Of a stretch of DNA of 64,000 bases, positions 49,487-62,975 are shown in pieces. A model generated the notes under the pieces. The model ran no database searches and was not told the DNA's origin. It worked only from the letters and a program-made list of their open reading frames with translations. Position 1 is the stretch's first letter. Every line of letters starts with the position of its first letter. Location: contig NC_068981.1 of NCBI RefSeq assembly GCF_001194135.2, forward strand, positions 58,538,377-58,602,376, written 5' to 3'. The DNA comes from Octopus bimaculoides. Taxonomy: Eukaryota. A program made the translations under genes and the position numbers.

Positions 49487-50380
49487 GCCATCATCATCAT
49501 CACCATCATTTAACGTCTGTTTTCCATGCTGGCGTGGGTTGGATGACTTGACAGGAGCTGGCATGCTAGAGAGCTACACTAGATTGCAGTTGTCTGTTTT
49601 GATAATATTTCTATGGCTGGATGCTCTTCCTAATACCAACCACTTTACAGAGTATATTGGGTGCTTTTCTACATGGCGCTGGCACAGGGTCTTTTTATGT
49701 GATGCCAGCACAGGTGCTTGTTTATGTGGCACCTGCACTGGTGCTTTTTACATGGTGCCAGCATCCATGGGGTTGTCAGAGAAGATTCTTGGTTACCCCA
49801 AGTAGGACAAGGAAGTGAAGACAGGTGGTAGGGTATGATAGTAAAAGACATGCTTGTATGTGTGGATGACCATGATGTTATTTAGTTTAACTTGTCTGCT
49901 CAAGTACAATAAATTTCCAGAAGTCTCAGTCTGTTGTCATCTCCCCTGTGAGGCTCCTCTGAAGATCATTTCTCACCACTTTGTCCTATGTCTCTTGGAT
50001 TACCTCTTCCACAGGTTCCCTTCATAGTTAGAGATCAGCACTTCTTTATGCAGCTGTCCTCATCCATATACATCACATGACCAAGTCTTTGCTCTTGCAC
50101 ACTACACGTGATGCCTCTGATATCCAGTTTTTCTCTTACACTCTGTCATATATGCATACTCACATTACCCATCCAGCGGAGTATACTGGCTCCATTTCTC
50201 TCAAGCCTTTGCATGTTCTCTGTAGTCACAGCTCATATATCACTGCCATGTAACATAGCTGTTTGTACATCAGAATTGTATAACAAATAAAGAGCCTCTT
50301 CCTCAGATTGAAAGGCAGATTGTATGATGCCCATGTACAAACAGCTATGCTATATGGCAGCGAAACATGGGGAATGACTA
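49487..50380 (-). mobile_element. Older RTE LINE 3' portion
   Basis: (CAT)n tail, 3' UTR, and decayed ORF2 C-terminus homologous to the other RTE copies. Confidence 0.8.
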
Positions 50381-50406
50381 CATATATGATATATATATAT
50401 ATATAA

Positions 50407-50467
50407 AACGTAGAGTGTATTGCAATAACGTAGAGTGTATTGCAATAATATAAAGTGTATTGCAATA
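50407..50467. repeat. 20-bp tandem repeat x3 (AACGTAGAGTGTATTGCAAT)
   Basis: Two exact units and one diverged unit. Confidence 0.85.
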
Positions 50468-50574
50468 GCTTATGCCATATAGCTATGCTTACCAGCGTTG
50501 TGCTCTACATAGTCATCAAAGATTATTATATTTTTTATACATCCTTTACAAATGGATTTGGAATATTATGACCT

Positions 50575-50700
50575 GGGATCTTCAACAATGAATATCCCAA
50601 CACCATCAAACGAACTCTATACAAGGCTGCTGCTGGAGAAAATAATTGAATTGATCAAGCAGATGAGATGGAAGACTTTTTACTTTGACATTGTACAAGA
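50575..50700 (+). mobile_element. Penelope-like element N-terminal fragment
   Basis: NIPTPSNELYTRLLLEKIIELIKQMRWKTFYF resembles the NIPxP...KRMRWKAFF motif of YRDD-type PLEs. Confidence 0.6.
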
Positions 50701-50899
50701 CAAAATCAAGACATAGTTAGGAAGAAGCGTGTATACAGAATAATAACAGCACATTTGCTCTCACTGTTGCTGATAAAAAAGAAACATTGAAGGGCTATTA
50801 TACAAGGCTATGGAATGTGGAAAATGCAGAGAAGGGAGAGAGAGAATGCCTGCACCAAGTGGACTCAACAGAGGGTTTGGTTACCCAAGTTGACACTAG

Positions 50900-52490
50900 T
50901 ATGATAGAATAATGCGAAATACAATAGTAGGGAAAGCAGTTATGCCATCAGGAATCGTTAACAAGATGCTTAAAATATCTGGTGAAGTAAGGTACAGGTT
51001 AATCACTTGAATAATAAATCAGATAATACAGGAAAGTGTCATACCCAATGACTTGTTCTGGACTATCATTATAAACAACTACAAGAGCAAAGGAGATGCA
51101 CTTCGGAGAGGAAACTACAGAGGTATAGAACTGTTAGAACAGGTTATGAAAGTTACAGAACGTGTTATTTCAAAACTGATTAGTGACAGGTTTAATCTGG
51201 GTGAGATGCAGTTCAGCTTCAGCCTGGGAAGAGATACCTCTGATGTTATATTCTGAGTGAAAGTACTTCAGAAGAAAAACATAGCTAGGAGTAATACTTG
51301 ATCAAGAGAAGATCTTTCACAGAGTATTACACTCTGAGATTTGGTGATTGTTAAGGAAACTAAGAGTAAATTGAAAGCTTTGTGAGAGCAATGCAATCCA
51401 TGTGTAGAGGTTCAGTCAACAATGAACTCAATGATGAATTCAGTGTACAAGTAGGGTTTCATCATGGCTCAGTCCTCTCCTGTTCATTAGAATCCTCAAA
51501 GCCCTGATAGAGGAATTTAAGACTGGCTGCTCTTGGGATCTCCTATATATTGACAGCATTCATTGCAAAAGCTGTAAAGGGATTGAAGCAAAAATTCCAG
51601 ATTTAGAAGCAAAACCTGGAACTGAAGGGCTTTAAAGTAAACTTTGCAGAGACAAAAGATTTAGTAAGTAATTAGAAAATCAGAACCCTTATAGTATTAG
51701 AGAAAGGACTACAAGAAGGCAATAGAAATTCTATACAGTGTACCCAGGGTAAATAATGGATACATAGAAATATAGTGAGATTATATGCAAGCTAATAAAT
51801 AAAGTGGATTTCATATGCACTAAGGTAGTAAACCCTAATAGTATTGAAGAAAGATTCTCTCAGATACTTAGATGGCTTCCATGAAGAAATTAATAGTTTT
51901 TGTTATCTAGGCTAAATTAGCAGTGAGAGAGGTGAGGTCCAAAAGTGTGGTAACCAGAATAAGAATAAGTTAGAGAAAATTCAGGAAGCTATTACCTCTG
52001 CTGGCAATGAAGTACTTCACCCTCAAAGTCCAGGACAGATTGTATGATACTTGTATGCAAAGCGCACTGCCATATGGAAGCATAATGTGACTGTAAATGT
52101 GGAGGACATGTGAAAACTAGAAAGAAATAAAGTGAGCTTACTTTACTGGATGTGCAGTAGGGTGCATAAATAATGAAACTTAAATGGACTGAGAGACAAA
52201 CTAGCTCCAGAGGAAGCAGGTGTAAAGTGTGAAAAAAAGACTGTAATGCTATGGGCAAAAGATGGGAGTGGCTGATGACAGCTGCATAAGGGCTGAGCAC
52301 TTTGAAGTGAATGGTACCTGAGGACAAGGGAAAACTGAAGAAGACTTGGTATAAGTTGGTGAAAAATGATCTGTGATCTCAAAATACATCTGAAGAAAGA
52401 GATGAAAGAGATAAAAGAGAATTGTGTGAACTGGAAATATACAGTGTTGCATAAACCTAACCCAACCTCCTGCACAAACTTCGTGAACTA
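50900..52490 (+). mobile_element. Degenerate RTE LINE RT and C-terminus
   Basis: YKSKGDALRRGNYRGIELLEQVMK and EMQFSFSLGRDTSDVIF, with many stops downstream. Confidence 0.8.
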
Positions 52491-53369
52491 CACGTTAAAT
52501 AACTGGATATTACATGCACCCCCTGCCTATTGCCTATTTGTACCCTTACATCTTTCCAACATCTCTTCCTCTACTCATTCTACCTATTCTACATTCTCTC
52601 ATCTCCACATACAATCACACATACAATCATATACATAGGTACAACAGTCAATTACTGGATCACAAGCTGAAAAAATTAATGCTGAGAAATGTGGGTAGCA
52701 TCAATTTAAAGTTCAATATTTCATGTTATTATAAGATAGGTAAGGTACGATGTTATATATGTGCAACATGTTGTATTTATAAATAAATTCTAGATAAGAG
52801 AATATAAAAATAACGCAAACTTATGTTGTCTTTGAAATGTAAATGTGTCATTCACTAGACTGAGGTCCAACAAAAACTGAATTGCACACTTAGTCATAGT
52901 CCATGCAAAGTCATTATACAAGATTTTCCATCGTGTTATACGTGTGTGTGTGTGCGCGCACACACGCATGTGTATCTTTTATCTTTTACTTGCTTCAATC
53001 ATTAGACTGCAGCCCTGCTGGAGCACCACCTTGAAGAATTTTCAGTCAAATGAATCAGCCCCAGTACTTTCTTTTATTTTTAAGCCTGGCACTTGTTTTA
53101 TCGATCTGTTTTGCTGAACCACAAAGTTATGGGGGATGTAAACACACCAACACCAGTTGTCAAGCTGTTGTGAGGGACAAACACAGACACAAAGACACAC
53201 ACACACACACGTAGATAGGCATATATAGGAGGAGATGCCTAAAAGTAACTGGAAACGTTCTCTGTGGGACACACTTGTTATAGTTGAAACTCCATAAGAT
53301 GCACCCAATGTAAGCTTTGGACACATAAAAGGTGCAACAATATCAAAGGAAGGTAAACAGGGAAACTAG

Positions 53370-54416
53370 CTTTTGTATGTGGAAGATGCATGGGTACAAT
53401 AAACACTGAAGATGTGCAGAAAATAGACTCCATCAACTGCCAGTGGGGGTGGGGGACAAATTAGAGGTAGTAGACAGCTTCCGTTATCTAGGTGATCAAG
53501 TTAGTAGTGGAGGTGGATGCTCCAAGAGTGTAGCTGGGCAAAGTTCAGAGAACTCCTACCTCTGCTGGCAACAAAGAGCCTCTCTCTCAGAGTGAAAAGC
53601 AGATTGTATGATGCTTGTGTGCAAACAGCTATACTATATGGCAGTGAAACATGGGTTGTGGCAGCTGAGGTCATGAATCAACTTGAAAGAAATGAAACCA
53701 GTATGCTTCACTGGATGTGCAAGATCAGTGTGCATGTTCGACAGAGTATAAACATCTTGAGAGACAAGTTAGGAATAAGAGGCATCAGCTGTGGTGTGCA
53801 AGAGAGATGTGCTGGTATGGTCATGTGATGCATATGGATGAGGACAGCTGTGTAAAGAAGTGCCAATTTCTAACTGTGGAGGGAACCTGTGGTAGAGGTA
53901 GACCCAGGAAGACATGAGATGAAGTAGTGAAGCATGATCTTCGAACTTTGAGCCTCACAGAGGCAATGACTAGTGACCAAGACCTTTGGCAATATGCTGT
54001 GCTTAAGAAGACCTGTCAAGCCAAGTGAAATCATAGTCATGACCAATGCTGGCATCATGTAACTGGCACATAAAGAGCACCTTTGGAGTGTTGGGCCTCA
54101 TGGAGGCAAAGTGGCTGAGTTCCTTTCAAGTGTTGGGCCTCACGGAGTCAACGACTGAGACCTTTGGTATTATGTCATGCTTGAGAAGAAGACCCATCAA
54201 GCTGAGCAAAATCGCAATCATGGCAGATACTGGTGTCACACAAATGGCACCGGTGCCAGTGGCACGTAAAAGCACCCATTACACTCTCAGAGTGGTTGGA
54301 ATTAGAAAGGGCATCCAGTAGTAGAAAACTCTGCCAAATCAGACTGGAGTTTGGTGCAACCTTCCAGCTTACCAGTCCCAGTTAAACTGTCCAACCCATG
54401 GACAACAGACATTAAA
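53370..54416 (+). mobile_element. RTE LINE 3' portion
   Basis: DSFRYLGD, WAKFRELLPLL and GRGRPRKT, followed by the family 3' UTR. Confidence 0.9.
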
Positions 54417-54499
54417 TTCAGTAGAAAAATAAAATTTGAAGTAGAGCACTCTGAAACATTGGTTCCGTATTTCTGCTAAATTTTGAACTCAAAATCACA

Positions 54500-55240
54500 G
54501 AAAATGAATCTGTCCCTACTAACTTTTACAGAAAAGCAGCATGCAGGGTGCCTGTTTGTGCATTATAATTCATCCTTGTCCATTAGAGCTAAAACGGCCT
54601 GCATTAGAAATGAGATTCATAGGATTTGCAGTAAATGCAGCAAGACAAGAAACAAAAAGACCAACACCATACAATTCCAAAAGTCCTGATGGAGAATGGC
54701 TATCCATTCTCTTTCACTAAATGACAGTATATCACCAGACCATCAAAACTTATACATCCAAGGATAAAGTGTGTTTTGAAACTGTTACATTTTAACACAA
54801 AAACAACTGCTGCAAACCATGTGATCTGGAGGAAGGATTGAATGTTTGACTGAGACACCCTGAACCTTCTCTGAGGTGGTTCCTAACAAAAAACAAGCCA
54901 AGACAAAACAATGCCATATGTACATTGGCCAACTACCCAATCAATAATGAAAGTTTATGTCTGCAGTCCTGTGGTGTATAAAATCATGAGTAGTGAATGT
55001 AATGAATTCTACATCAGAAGTATCATCAAACAAATAAACATGCAGATTAAAGAACACCTCTACGCTAATGCTTCTTCCATCAAAAAACATCTACAGAAAT
55101 GCTACACTCAAGACATCCAAGTTTCCATTGAATCTACAGAAAGAAGCACTGGGAACTTGAGAATAAAAGAAGCCAACTGAATTAGAAAGACCAGCCCACA
55201 TTAGCAACAGAACCAAACTGAATACATTTGATTTGCTGCT
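54500..55240 (+). mobile_element. Penelope-like element 3' remnant with a decayed GIY-YIG endonuclease
   Basis: EIHRICS..LMENGYP thumb region, then VVYKI..C.EFYI..QIKEH..SSIKKH..LRIKEA. Confidence 0.75.
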
Positions 55241-56239
55241 ATAACAATGCAAAGCAACCCTTCATACACAACAAAACAGAAAAGTCAGCTCACCACACCA
55301 TTTCTCCAAAGACATCCTGAAAAAGGGGGCCTAACCTTGAAATATTGACATACAAAGTAAAGGTAATGATCATTAACCTGTATTTTTTATAATTTGCATT
55401 GTTTGGCTTTATAAAAATATAATTAAACACACACACACATGCGCGTGCGTGTGTGATTAGTGTTGCAGATCCACAAGTTCTTTGCCTCACAGAACCACAA
55501 GAGCATTGTTCCCTCCTCATTTCAAGAACCAAAGCTATAATCTTTGTGTGTGCTGAAATCCACCAGAATGCTTTCTGGCCTGTCTGTGTAGTCATGATCC
55601 ACAATAAGGTCATTGTCATTTGGCAATGTGTGTATGCATGCATGTGTGTGTCTTGATGATGATGATACTAGTTATTTTCTTTGTGAAAGAGAGTTAAGAA
55701 AATCAATGCTGAAAAAAGGCTATAGTTTGCTCCTACCACCAAGCAGATTTCTTTCTTAGACCTTGTAACTTTATTAAAAAGTTAATCAAAGTAACAAAAT
55801 TGTCAAAAAAGAGAAGAATGAAGATGGAGAACTTGAAATGTATTGATGAAGGCCAAGTTTCCTAAGTGGATATATGTTTAGAAACTGTCATTATAAACAT
55901 GATATAAGCCAGTAATATAATTCTATTTGTAGACAATAATCATACTGTGGTCAAGGAAAAATTAGAATATATTGATAACTCAAGATTCTTATGTATGTAA
56001 TAAAAAAGTTACAGAAAGCCTAACTACATTGACACAATACAAATAGTCTGTCCTACAGAAGATAGCAGTAGTCAACAAGAACATTCTTGCTAACTATCAT
56101 TACACACAACTTATGAAATATCATAGTAAGCTATAAAATATGTACAACTTCCTTAAAGATTACATATTTAGGAGTTGTCACATGTAGACTCAGGAAGTCA
56201 TCGTCTGAGTCATTTCCTGATTAACATTTTTCCTATTCC

Positions 56240-57200
56240 TTGTGGCTGAACGTTTTCTTGTGGAAAATTCAGTACACTTCATAGAACAAAGTATACTGAT
56301 CATGTCCTGTCAAACGATCAGCTTTGATGTTGTGAGTCAATTTACAATGGTTCCAACAGATGAGGCATTGTCAGTTGTCAGTATCAGACTAGTCTCTGTG
56401 GATCTGCAAATGTATCAACTGATAACATTTTAAAGATGCTAACATTGTGCTTCAGAGCAAAAATAAAATCTAGCAGGTTGGAAGGATGTTTATAGGTTCA
56501 CCATTTTCATCAGTAGTGGCTAATAGCTCCATGAAATACTTCAAATTATGAAGAATGTACAACACTGAAACTCACATGGATGAGATGTCTTGATACCATC
56601 AAGAGGACATTTGTAGACCATATGAAATCACTACATTTATCAATTCAGTTTATCTTGGAGAAAGAAAGCAACAACCAGACACCATTCTTTGCACAGGACA
56701 GATGTAAATGTCAGAACATTAGTGTATTGGAAACCAACTGCTACTGAATTACTTAAATCATGAGTCTCCCCAATCATGCAGTATTAAGAAAAAAATGTTC
56801 AAATTATTACATAAGACAAAAACAGTATGTCCCAAGATATCCGCTCTTATGAGAGATATGAAGCACCTTAAAAATATAATTCTTGAATACAAATACTCAG
56901 CCTGCCTTATAAAACTTGCAGCCAGTCTCAAGCATAAAGGAGAGGTTAAATCAAATTCCACTGTATTTTCAGTTTACTGTAAGGGTTTTTCTGAAAAAAT
57001 GAAGAGAGTCTGCAACACACTTTGCAGATTCTTCACCAAAATTAAACATTTTAAAGAAAAATTTGAACATAAGAACTGCATCTGTAATATCTGATATGTT
57101 TTTAGAAGGTCTATAAAGGAGGATAAGGAAGGCTCCAAGGTCAAACACAAAAAAAGTATTGTAAAACCTTAGTGACAGAACGAAAGAAACATCTTAAGCA
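56240..57200 (+). mobile_element. Penelope-like element RT remnant (Penelope/Poseidon type)
   Basis: SFDVVSQFTMVPTDEAL, QFILEKESNNQTPF, TLVYWKPTAT and YCKGFSEK motifs. Confidence 0.75.
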
Positions 57201-58479
57201 AGAGTAACTAGACATATCTGATGCGAGAAAGGAAATCATTTATCTCTGGAGAATGTAATTTCCATTGTTGATAGAGAACCTTAGTGGAAACTTAGACAAA
57301 TCAAAGAAACATTACATTAAAAGTTTGCTGATAACCCAATCACCCAGTGTGGGCCTTTACTATGGAAAAAATATTCTACAAATATAATATTAATTGTATG
57401 TGCATCAGTTGCCTAGAGTGTTATTGTCCTTAATTTAGAAATGAATATTAACAGGTAATTAAAGATGTTTGCATTAATCATTTCCCTTGTTTGATTCAAG
57501 GTAAATAAATCCTATTTGCACAAAATTTGAGTATTCTAAACCATCACAATGACATTTTTTTGTTGTTTCTTGACTCAATTTTCAATTTATTACATTGAAA
57601 TAGCTCATTACTGAGAAAGCTATTATGTTTATACTAATATTTTTTTAGTTATCCTTAAAAATGATTGAATTTGCCTCAAGATTTTTTCTTTTGTGGAGGT
57701 TATTATATTGCTTGCTTTTTATTTCAGTCTACATATATTCTTCATTTATTTATTTATCTTTGGTGGGTAGTTTTGATACATTTTTTAAGCTTTAAGCTCA
57801 TTGAGATATCTTATGATTGTCATTGTCTTTTCAATAAAACTCAACCTTCGAAGTGATTTGCTTATAGTTGTGCTACAGTGGTACAGATAGAATACAATGC
57901 AAGTTGCCTAGTAAGAAATATTAACTCAGTACTGCAAGACTAACATCAGATAAATGAAGAGTACTTTAGTAGATCATACAGCCTACAAGTTGTACCATCT
58001 TCAAAGTTACCAGCCTTACCAAAGGAATCATTACAGAAATGCTACCCATTACTCTGTAAGCAGCACTTTACTGGAAAAGTTTAAATGGAGGCATGGATGT
58101 ATGGTAAGAAGTTTGCTTCCCAAGTACATGGTTCTGAGTTCAGTCACACTGCATAGCACCTTGGACAATTATCTTCTACTATAGCCTCAGGCCAACCAAA
58201 GCCTTGTGAATGGATTTGGTAGATGGAAACTGAAAGAAGTTCATCATATATGTGTGTGTGTGTGTGTGTATCATTGTGTCTGACCCCAACCACTTGACAA
58301 CTGATGTTAGTGTGTTTACATCCCTGTAACTTAGTGGTTTTGATAAGAGATCAACAGAATAAGTTCCAGGCTTTAAAAAAATATTGGAAACAATTTGTTC
58401 AACTAAAATTCTTCAAGGCAGTGCCCCTGCAAGGCTGCAGTTTGATGACTGAAACAAGTAAAAGATAGATTTACTGCCA

Positions 58480-58790
58480 ATTTCACACAATACTCCTCCA
58501 AAATTTCTTTGCTCATGCAATCACTTAGTTACCAAGTGTGAAAACTTTTTCTAGTAATAAGGCAAGTGGTCATGAATATTGCTTCTGTAACCCTATCCTC
58601 ACAAAGTCTCTCTCCCTCTTCAGTGATCATCATTGTGATTTTTGTAGAGCCAAATTCACAAAGAACTTGCTTTCTCATATCACTCACAAAATGTTGCTCA
58701 TACTTGAAAAGTTTAGTAAAAACAATGTTGTTGCAATCAATATCAGCAAAACCATCTGTCATCGATGACTGTCATTTAGAAAGATCTGTG
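58480..58790 (+). mobile_element. CR1/Jockey-group LINE RT fragment
   Basis: SDHHCDFCRAKFTKNLLSHITH..VVAINISKT resembles SDHQYGFR..STGDLL..VALDISKAF. Confidence 0.65.
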
Positions 58791-58799
58791 TAACACCAC

Positions 58800-59597
58800 T
58801 CAAGAATTGCCAAAAGAACTTCAAGTTAGCCAGACAACTGCCTGCATCCATTTGCAATGCAATCAGAAAATCAAAAAAACTTGACAAATGGATACCACAC
58901 GATTTGAATGAAAATCAGAAAATGCACAGATATGAAATTTGCTTATCGTTTCTTTTCCATAACCAGTCCAATCCATTTTTCAACCGTATTGTAACTTGCT
59001 ATGAAAAGTGGAATCTGTACAATAATAAAAAACGTTCTTCGCAGTGGTTGGACCAAAATGAAGCACCATAAACCTTCTCTAAACCCAAGTTCTTCAAAAA
59101 GTAAGTTATGGTGACTGAACCTGGAAAAACCATTACTGCAGAAACATATTGCCATGAAATTGCCAAAATGAATGAAAAACTGCTACTCCTCCAACCCAGA
59201 CTGGTTAACAGAAGAGGGCCAATCATTCTTCATGACAACACACTAATGACGTTCCACAAGTTGAGGGAACTTGGCTACAAAGTTCTTCCCCACCCAGTTT
59301 ATTCCACAGACCTTTCTACTACCGACTGCCTGACTACTAGTTTTTCAAGCACCTTGATGGTTTCATGTAAGAGGAGTTCATAAATCAAACCAATGCTGAA
59401 AGTGTGTTCAAAGAGTTCATCAGCTCCAGAACTCCAGACTTTTATGTTACCGGAATAAACAAACTTGTAACTCATTAGCAAAAATGTGTTAATTGTAATG
59501 GTGCTTACTTTGATGAATAAAATTTCCGCATTGTTGAAATATATTATGATGAATTTCATGTTTCAAAACGTTGCTTACTTTTCACTCAGCCTGATAG
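58800..59597 (+). mobile_element. mariner remnant (cecropia/Hsmar1-like), internally deleted
   Basis: KLDKWIPHDLNENQK, RIVTCYEKWNLYNN, GPIILHDN, HPVYSTDLSTTD; TIR remnant at the right end. Confidence 0.9.
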
Positions 59598-60231
59598 TAG
59601 GAGGCAATGTAATCAGCTCACACCCTTTCTTTAAAAGTTGCTAGTTTTGTGCTTAAATTAGAAACATTTTTTATGGAAAAGGAAATATTTGTAATACTGA
59701 AGTGGAGGAAATAGTTATAGTAGCAGTAATGTACAGAAGAACCTTTCATAGGAGAGCAAATTATTTTGAAATATATTGATTTCTCACAAAGGTAGGTTAC
59801 AAACTTTGAAGAAAGGGGCATAGTCTATATTTCATCCCAATACTTAGCTGGTACTTTATTTTATTAACACTTTGTGAAAAAAAAAGGAGAGGGGAATTCA
59901 TCTAAGAATACAGTCGGTCAGGACTTAGTTATTGATTCCAAATGTTGGCACAAGTTCAAAGAGAGGGTAAGTCGATTACATTGACCCCAGTGTTTGTTGG
60001 TACTTATTTTATCAACCCCAAAAGGATGAAAGCACATAAAGATAGATGAAATGCTAAGCATTTTGCCCAGCAGGCTAATGATTCTGCCAGCTCATCACCT
60101 CCAGGGGTGTGACTTAATATTGCAAGGCATTTGTGCCTGCCACTCCATTACCAAGAAAAAATATGAAGTTATGTTTATAAATAATATATATACATCTGTA
60201 GTTTATATGCTTCAATAAATGTGAAGTCAAA

Positions 60232-61068
60232 TATTGTGTCATCCTATAAATAATGCAGCTCTTTTCAATTGCATGAACTAAAAGTTGGAGATAGATGGGA
60301 TAAACTACCTGCATCAACTTGTTATAAAAGCAGGTAGTAATTTTACCTTGTACTTATTCTTTGTGCAAGTTTTGAAGAGTGCAGTTCAATTTTAAAAGTT
60401 ATTTTTCAAAGCAATAATGTAAGTGACAAAGGAGCATATTCAGCATATTTTGCTTTATGAGTTCAATAAAGGCAACAACACAATGGAAAGTATGAAGAAT
60501 ATTAATGCAGTATATGGGGATTGGACAATAAGCATAAGCTAGTGTCAACAGTGGTTCCAGAAACTAGAGCCTAGTCCAGGAAGATCTGTAGAGCTTGACG
60601 AGGACATCTTGCAAATCTCATCATAACTGTTGAGGAACTAGCAGAGAAGCTTGGATTTGGTCATTTCAATCATTCATTGATACCAGCACTAGGAAGAAAA
60701 ACAATCATCTTTTGTTTCAAGACGAAAGGTGTTCTTCCATCAGGATAATGCTCAGAGAAATGATGCCCCACCCACCATATATGCCAGACACTGTACCATC
60801 AGATTATCATTTATTCCACAGTCTTCAAAATAATTTGGACAAAAAAAATATGAATTCTGTAGACGAGGTCAGAACAGTACTGGAGGACTATTTTTTTGTC
60901 ATGGACAAGTGAATTTTGGAAGAGAAGCCTTGCAGATCTACAAGACAGATGGAAGAGCCTTGTAGAAAATGGAAGGAGAGTATATTTTAGATTTAAAAAG
61001 AACTTTAATCTTAATTTTGAAAAATAAAAAGTATATAAAAACCACATTATTTATGGGATGAGCCAATA
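60232..61068 (+). mobile_element. Internally deleted mariner element with both TIRs and TA target duplication
   Basis: TA-TTGTGTCATCCTATAAATAATG ... CATTATTTATGGGATGAGCCAA-TA; HILLYEFNKG at the N-terminus and PDTVPSDYHLFHSL near the C-terminus. Confidence 0.9.
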
Positions 61069-62554
61069 CAAAGTTATCTCATAAATAACCTTCTTCAGAG
61101 AAATGCTTTCCATTTGTATATAATGCAATACCTCACAAAAATTTTCTCAAAAACCACTTTCTAAAGTTTGTCTGTATAAACATAAACATTTGTGAATGCA
61201 AAATTTCAATTACAAAACTTGCTTTAAAATTCAACTTCCTTGAAATAAATGTTTCTTGTCATGCTTTATGCAGAAATACAAAACATTTTTCTCTTTACTA
61301 AATCACAGGCTTGGCTGTGTGGTTAAGTTGGCTTCCAAACCACATGGTTTTAACTTCTGTCCAACTGTATGGCATCTTGGCAAGTGTCTCCTACTGCAGC
61401 TAGAGGCCAACTAAAGCTGTGTGTGGATTTGTTAGAAGGCAACTAAAAAAAAACCTTTCATGTGTATATCATCATCATCATCATCATCATTTAATGTCTG
61501 CTTTCCATGCTGGCATAGGTTAGATGGTTTGACCAGAGCTGCAGCAGGCATTTATTTTGGCTTAGTTTCTATAGCTGGATGCCCTTCCTAACACCAACCA
61601 TTTTATGAAGTGTACTGGGTGTCTTTTCCATGCACATATATTAGGGAGTTTCTTTCTTTCACATTTCATGATAGGTGTAAATGAATCTCAGTCATACCAT
61701 CAGTGGCATTAATTTCCAATATTCTGCAAAAACATGTCAGGCCATGAGGAAATATTAACTTATTTGGAAACAGGTGAAGTTTGGCAATAAGGGTATCAAG
61801 TCATAGAAAATCCACTTCAAACTATCTGATAAAGTGGATGGTAAGAAAATAAATCAATAGCTTATGAGTAAGAGACATGGTTTATTTCATAAACTGATTT
61901 TTGCCAATGCAGACAATCATTAGTCTCTTTGTACACTTGATGATGATGTTTAGCACTAAGTCAGCCCTGCTTGCTCAAACCCAAAGAAACAAATGATTTT
62001 TAGTAGTGAACTTTCTTGAAGCTTTGCCATCAACAAACTTCATAATTTAGTAAAACAATTTACAAAAATACACACCCTCAATTTATAAAGAGAACGAACT
62101 AAAAAAAATATTTTTTATATTTTATTCCTATTAAGATATGTGGCACACTTGTTTATAAATATTTTTTAAATTTTTCCATATTGATTACAATGCAAATAAA
62201 ATAAATCTATGATACTTTTTTCTCACATGTGTTCTCTTGGATGGATTAAGATGAGATAACTTTCAAATTCATTTTTGAAACCAGTTACAGTGATGGCTAA
62301 GAGTAGTTGGCACCAATTTGAGAAATCTCTAAGTTTTACGTGTTATTATATATTAACATTTTAATGAAAAACGCAAGTATGTGAGGACAAAGCAATATTT
62401 AAATGCACTAACGCACAATTCCTACAATTTTATTTTTTGTCCATTGAGACACAGGTATGGCCGTGTGTGGTTAAGAACTTTAAATTCAGCCTGAATGCAT
62501 AGCACTTTGAGAAAATGCCACTGGTAGACAAATTCGATGAAAGCTCATTATATA

Positions 62555-62870
62555 TACATGGTGTCCAGACAGTTTCACCTGATTTTTATTTTATTGTATT
62601 ATTGCAGGTTTGTCTTCAAGGCTTTTGAGGAATACAGATTTTAGACTGAATTGGAATCAACAAATTGCTGCTGTCCGACACTACTATCAGTGTGGTTCAA
62701 ATGTAGCTGAGGCAAGTCATTGTCTCAATGAAGAATTTCATATAATATAGTTCAGGGCAGGAACAGTCACTAGTTAACAAGTTCAAAACAACGGGCTCTG
62801 TAAACGCACCCAGATCTGGATGCCCCACTACTGCAACATCTGATAAAAAAGGTGAGCAGTTGGAAGCATA
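62555..62870 (+). mobile_element. Tc1-like transposon 5' fragment (HTH region)
   Basis: LVNKFKTTGSVNAPRSGCPTTAT resembles the LVxKFxxTGSV..PRSGRP motif. Confidence 0.6.
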
Positions 62871-62975
62871 GTTATCATTGTTTCATTCATAGTTATCATT
62901 CATCATTGTTCTATACAATAAAATTAATTGAAAAACCTACAATAGTCTTCAAAATAAGAATTGGGCAAAACGTTT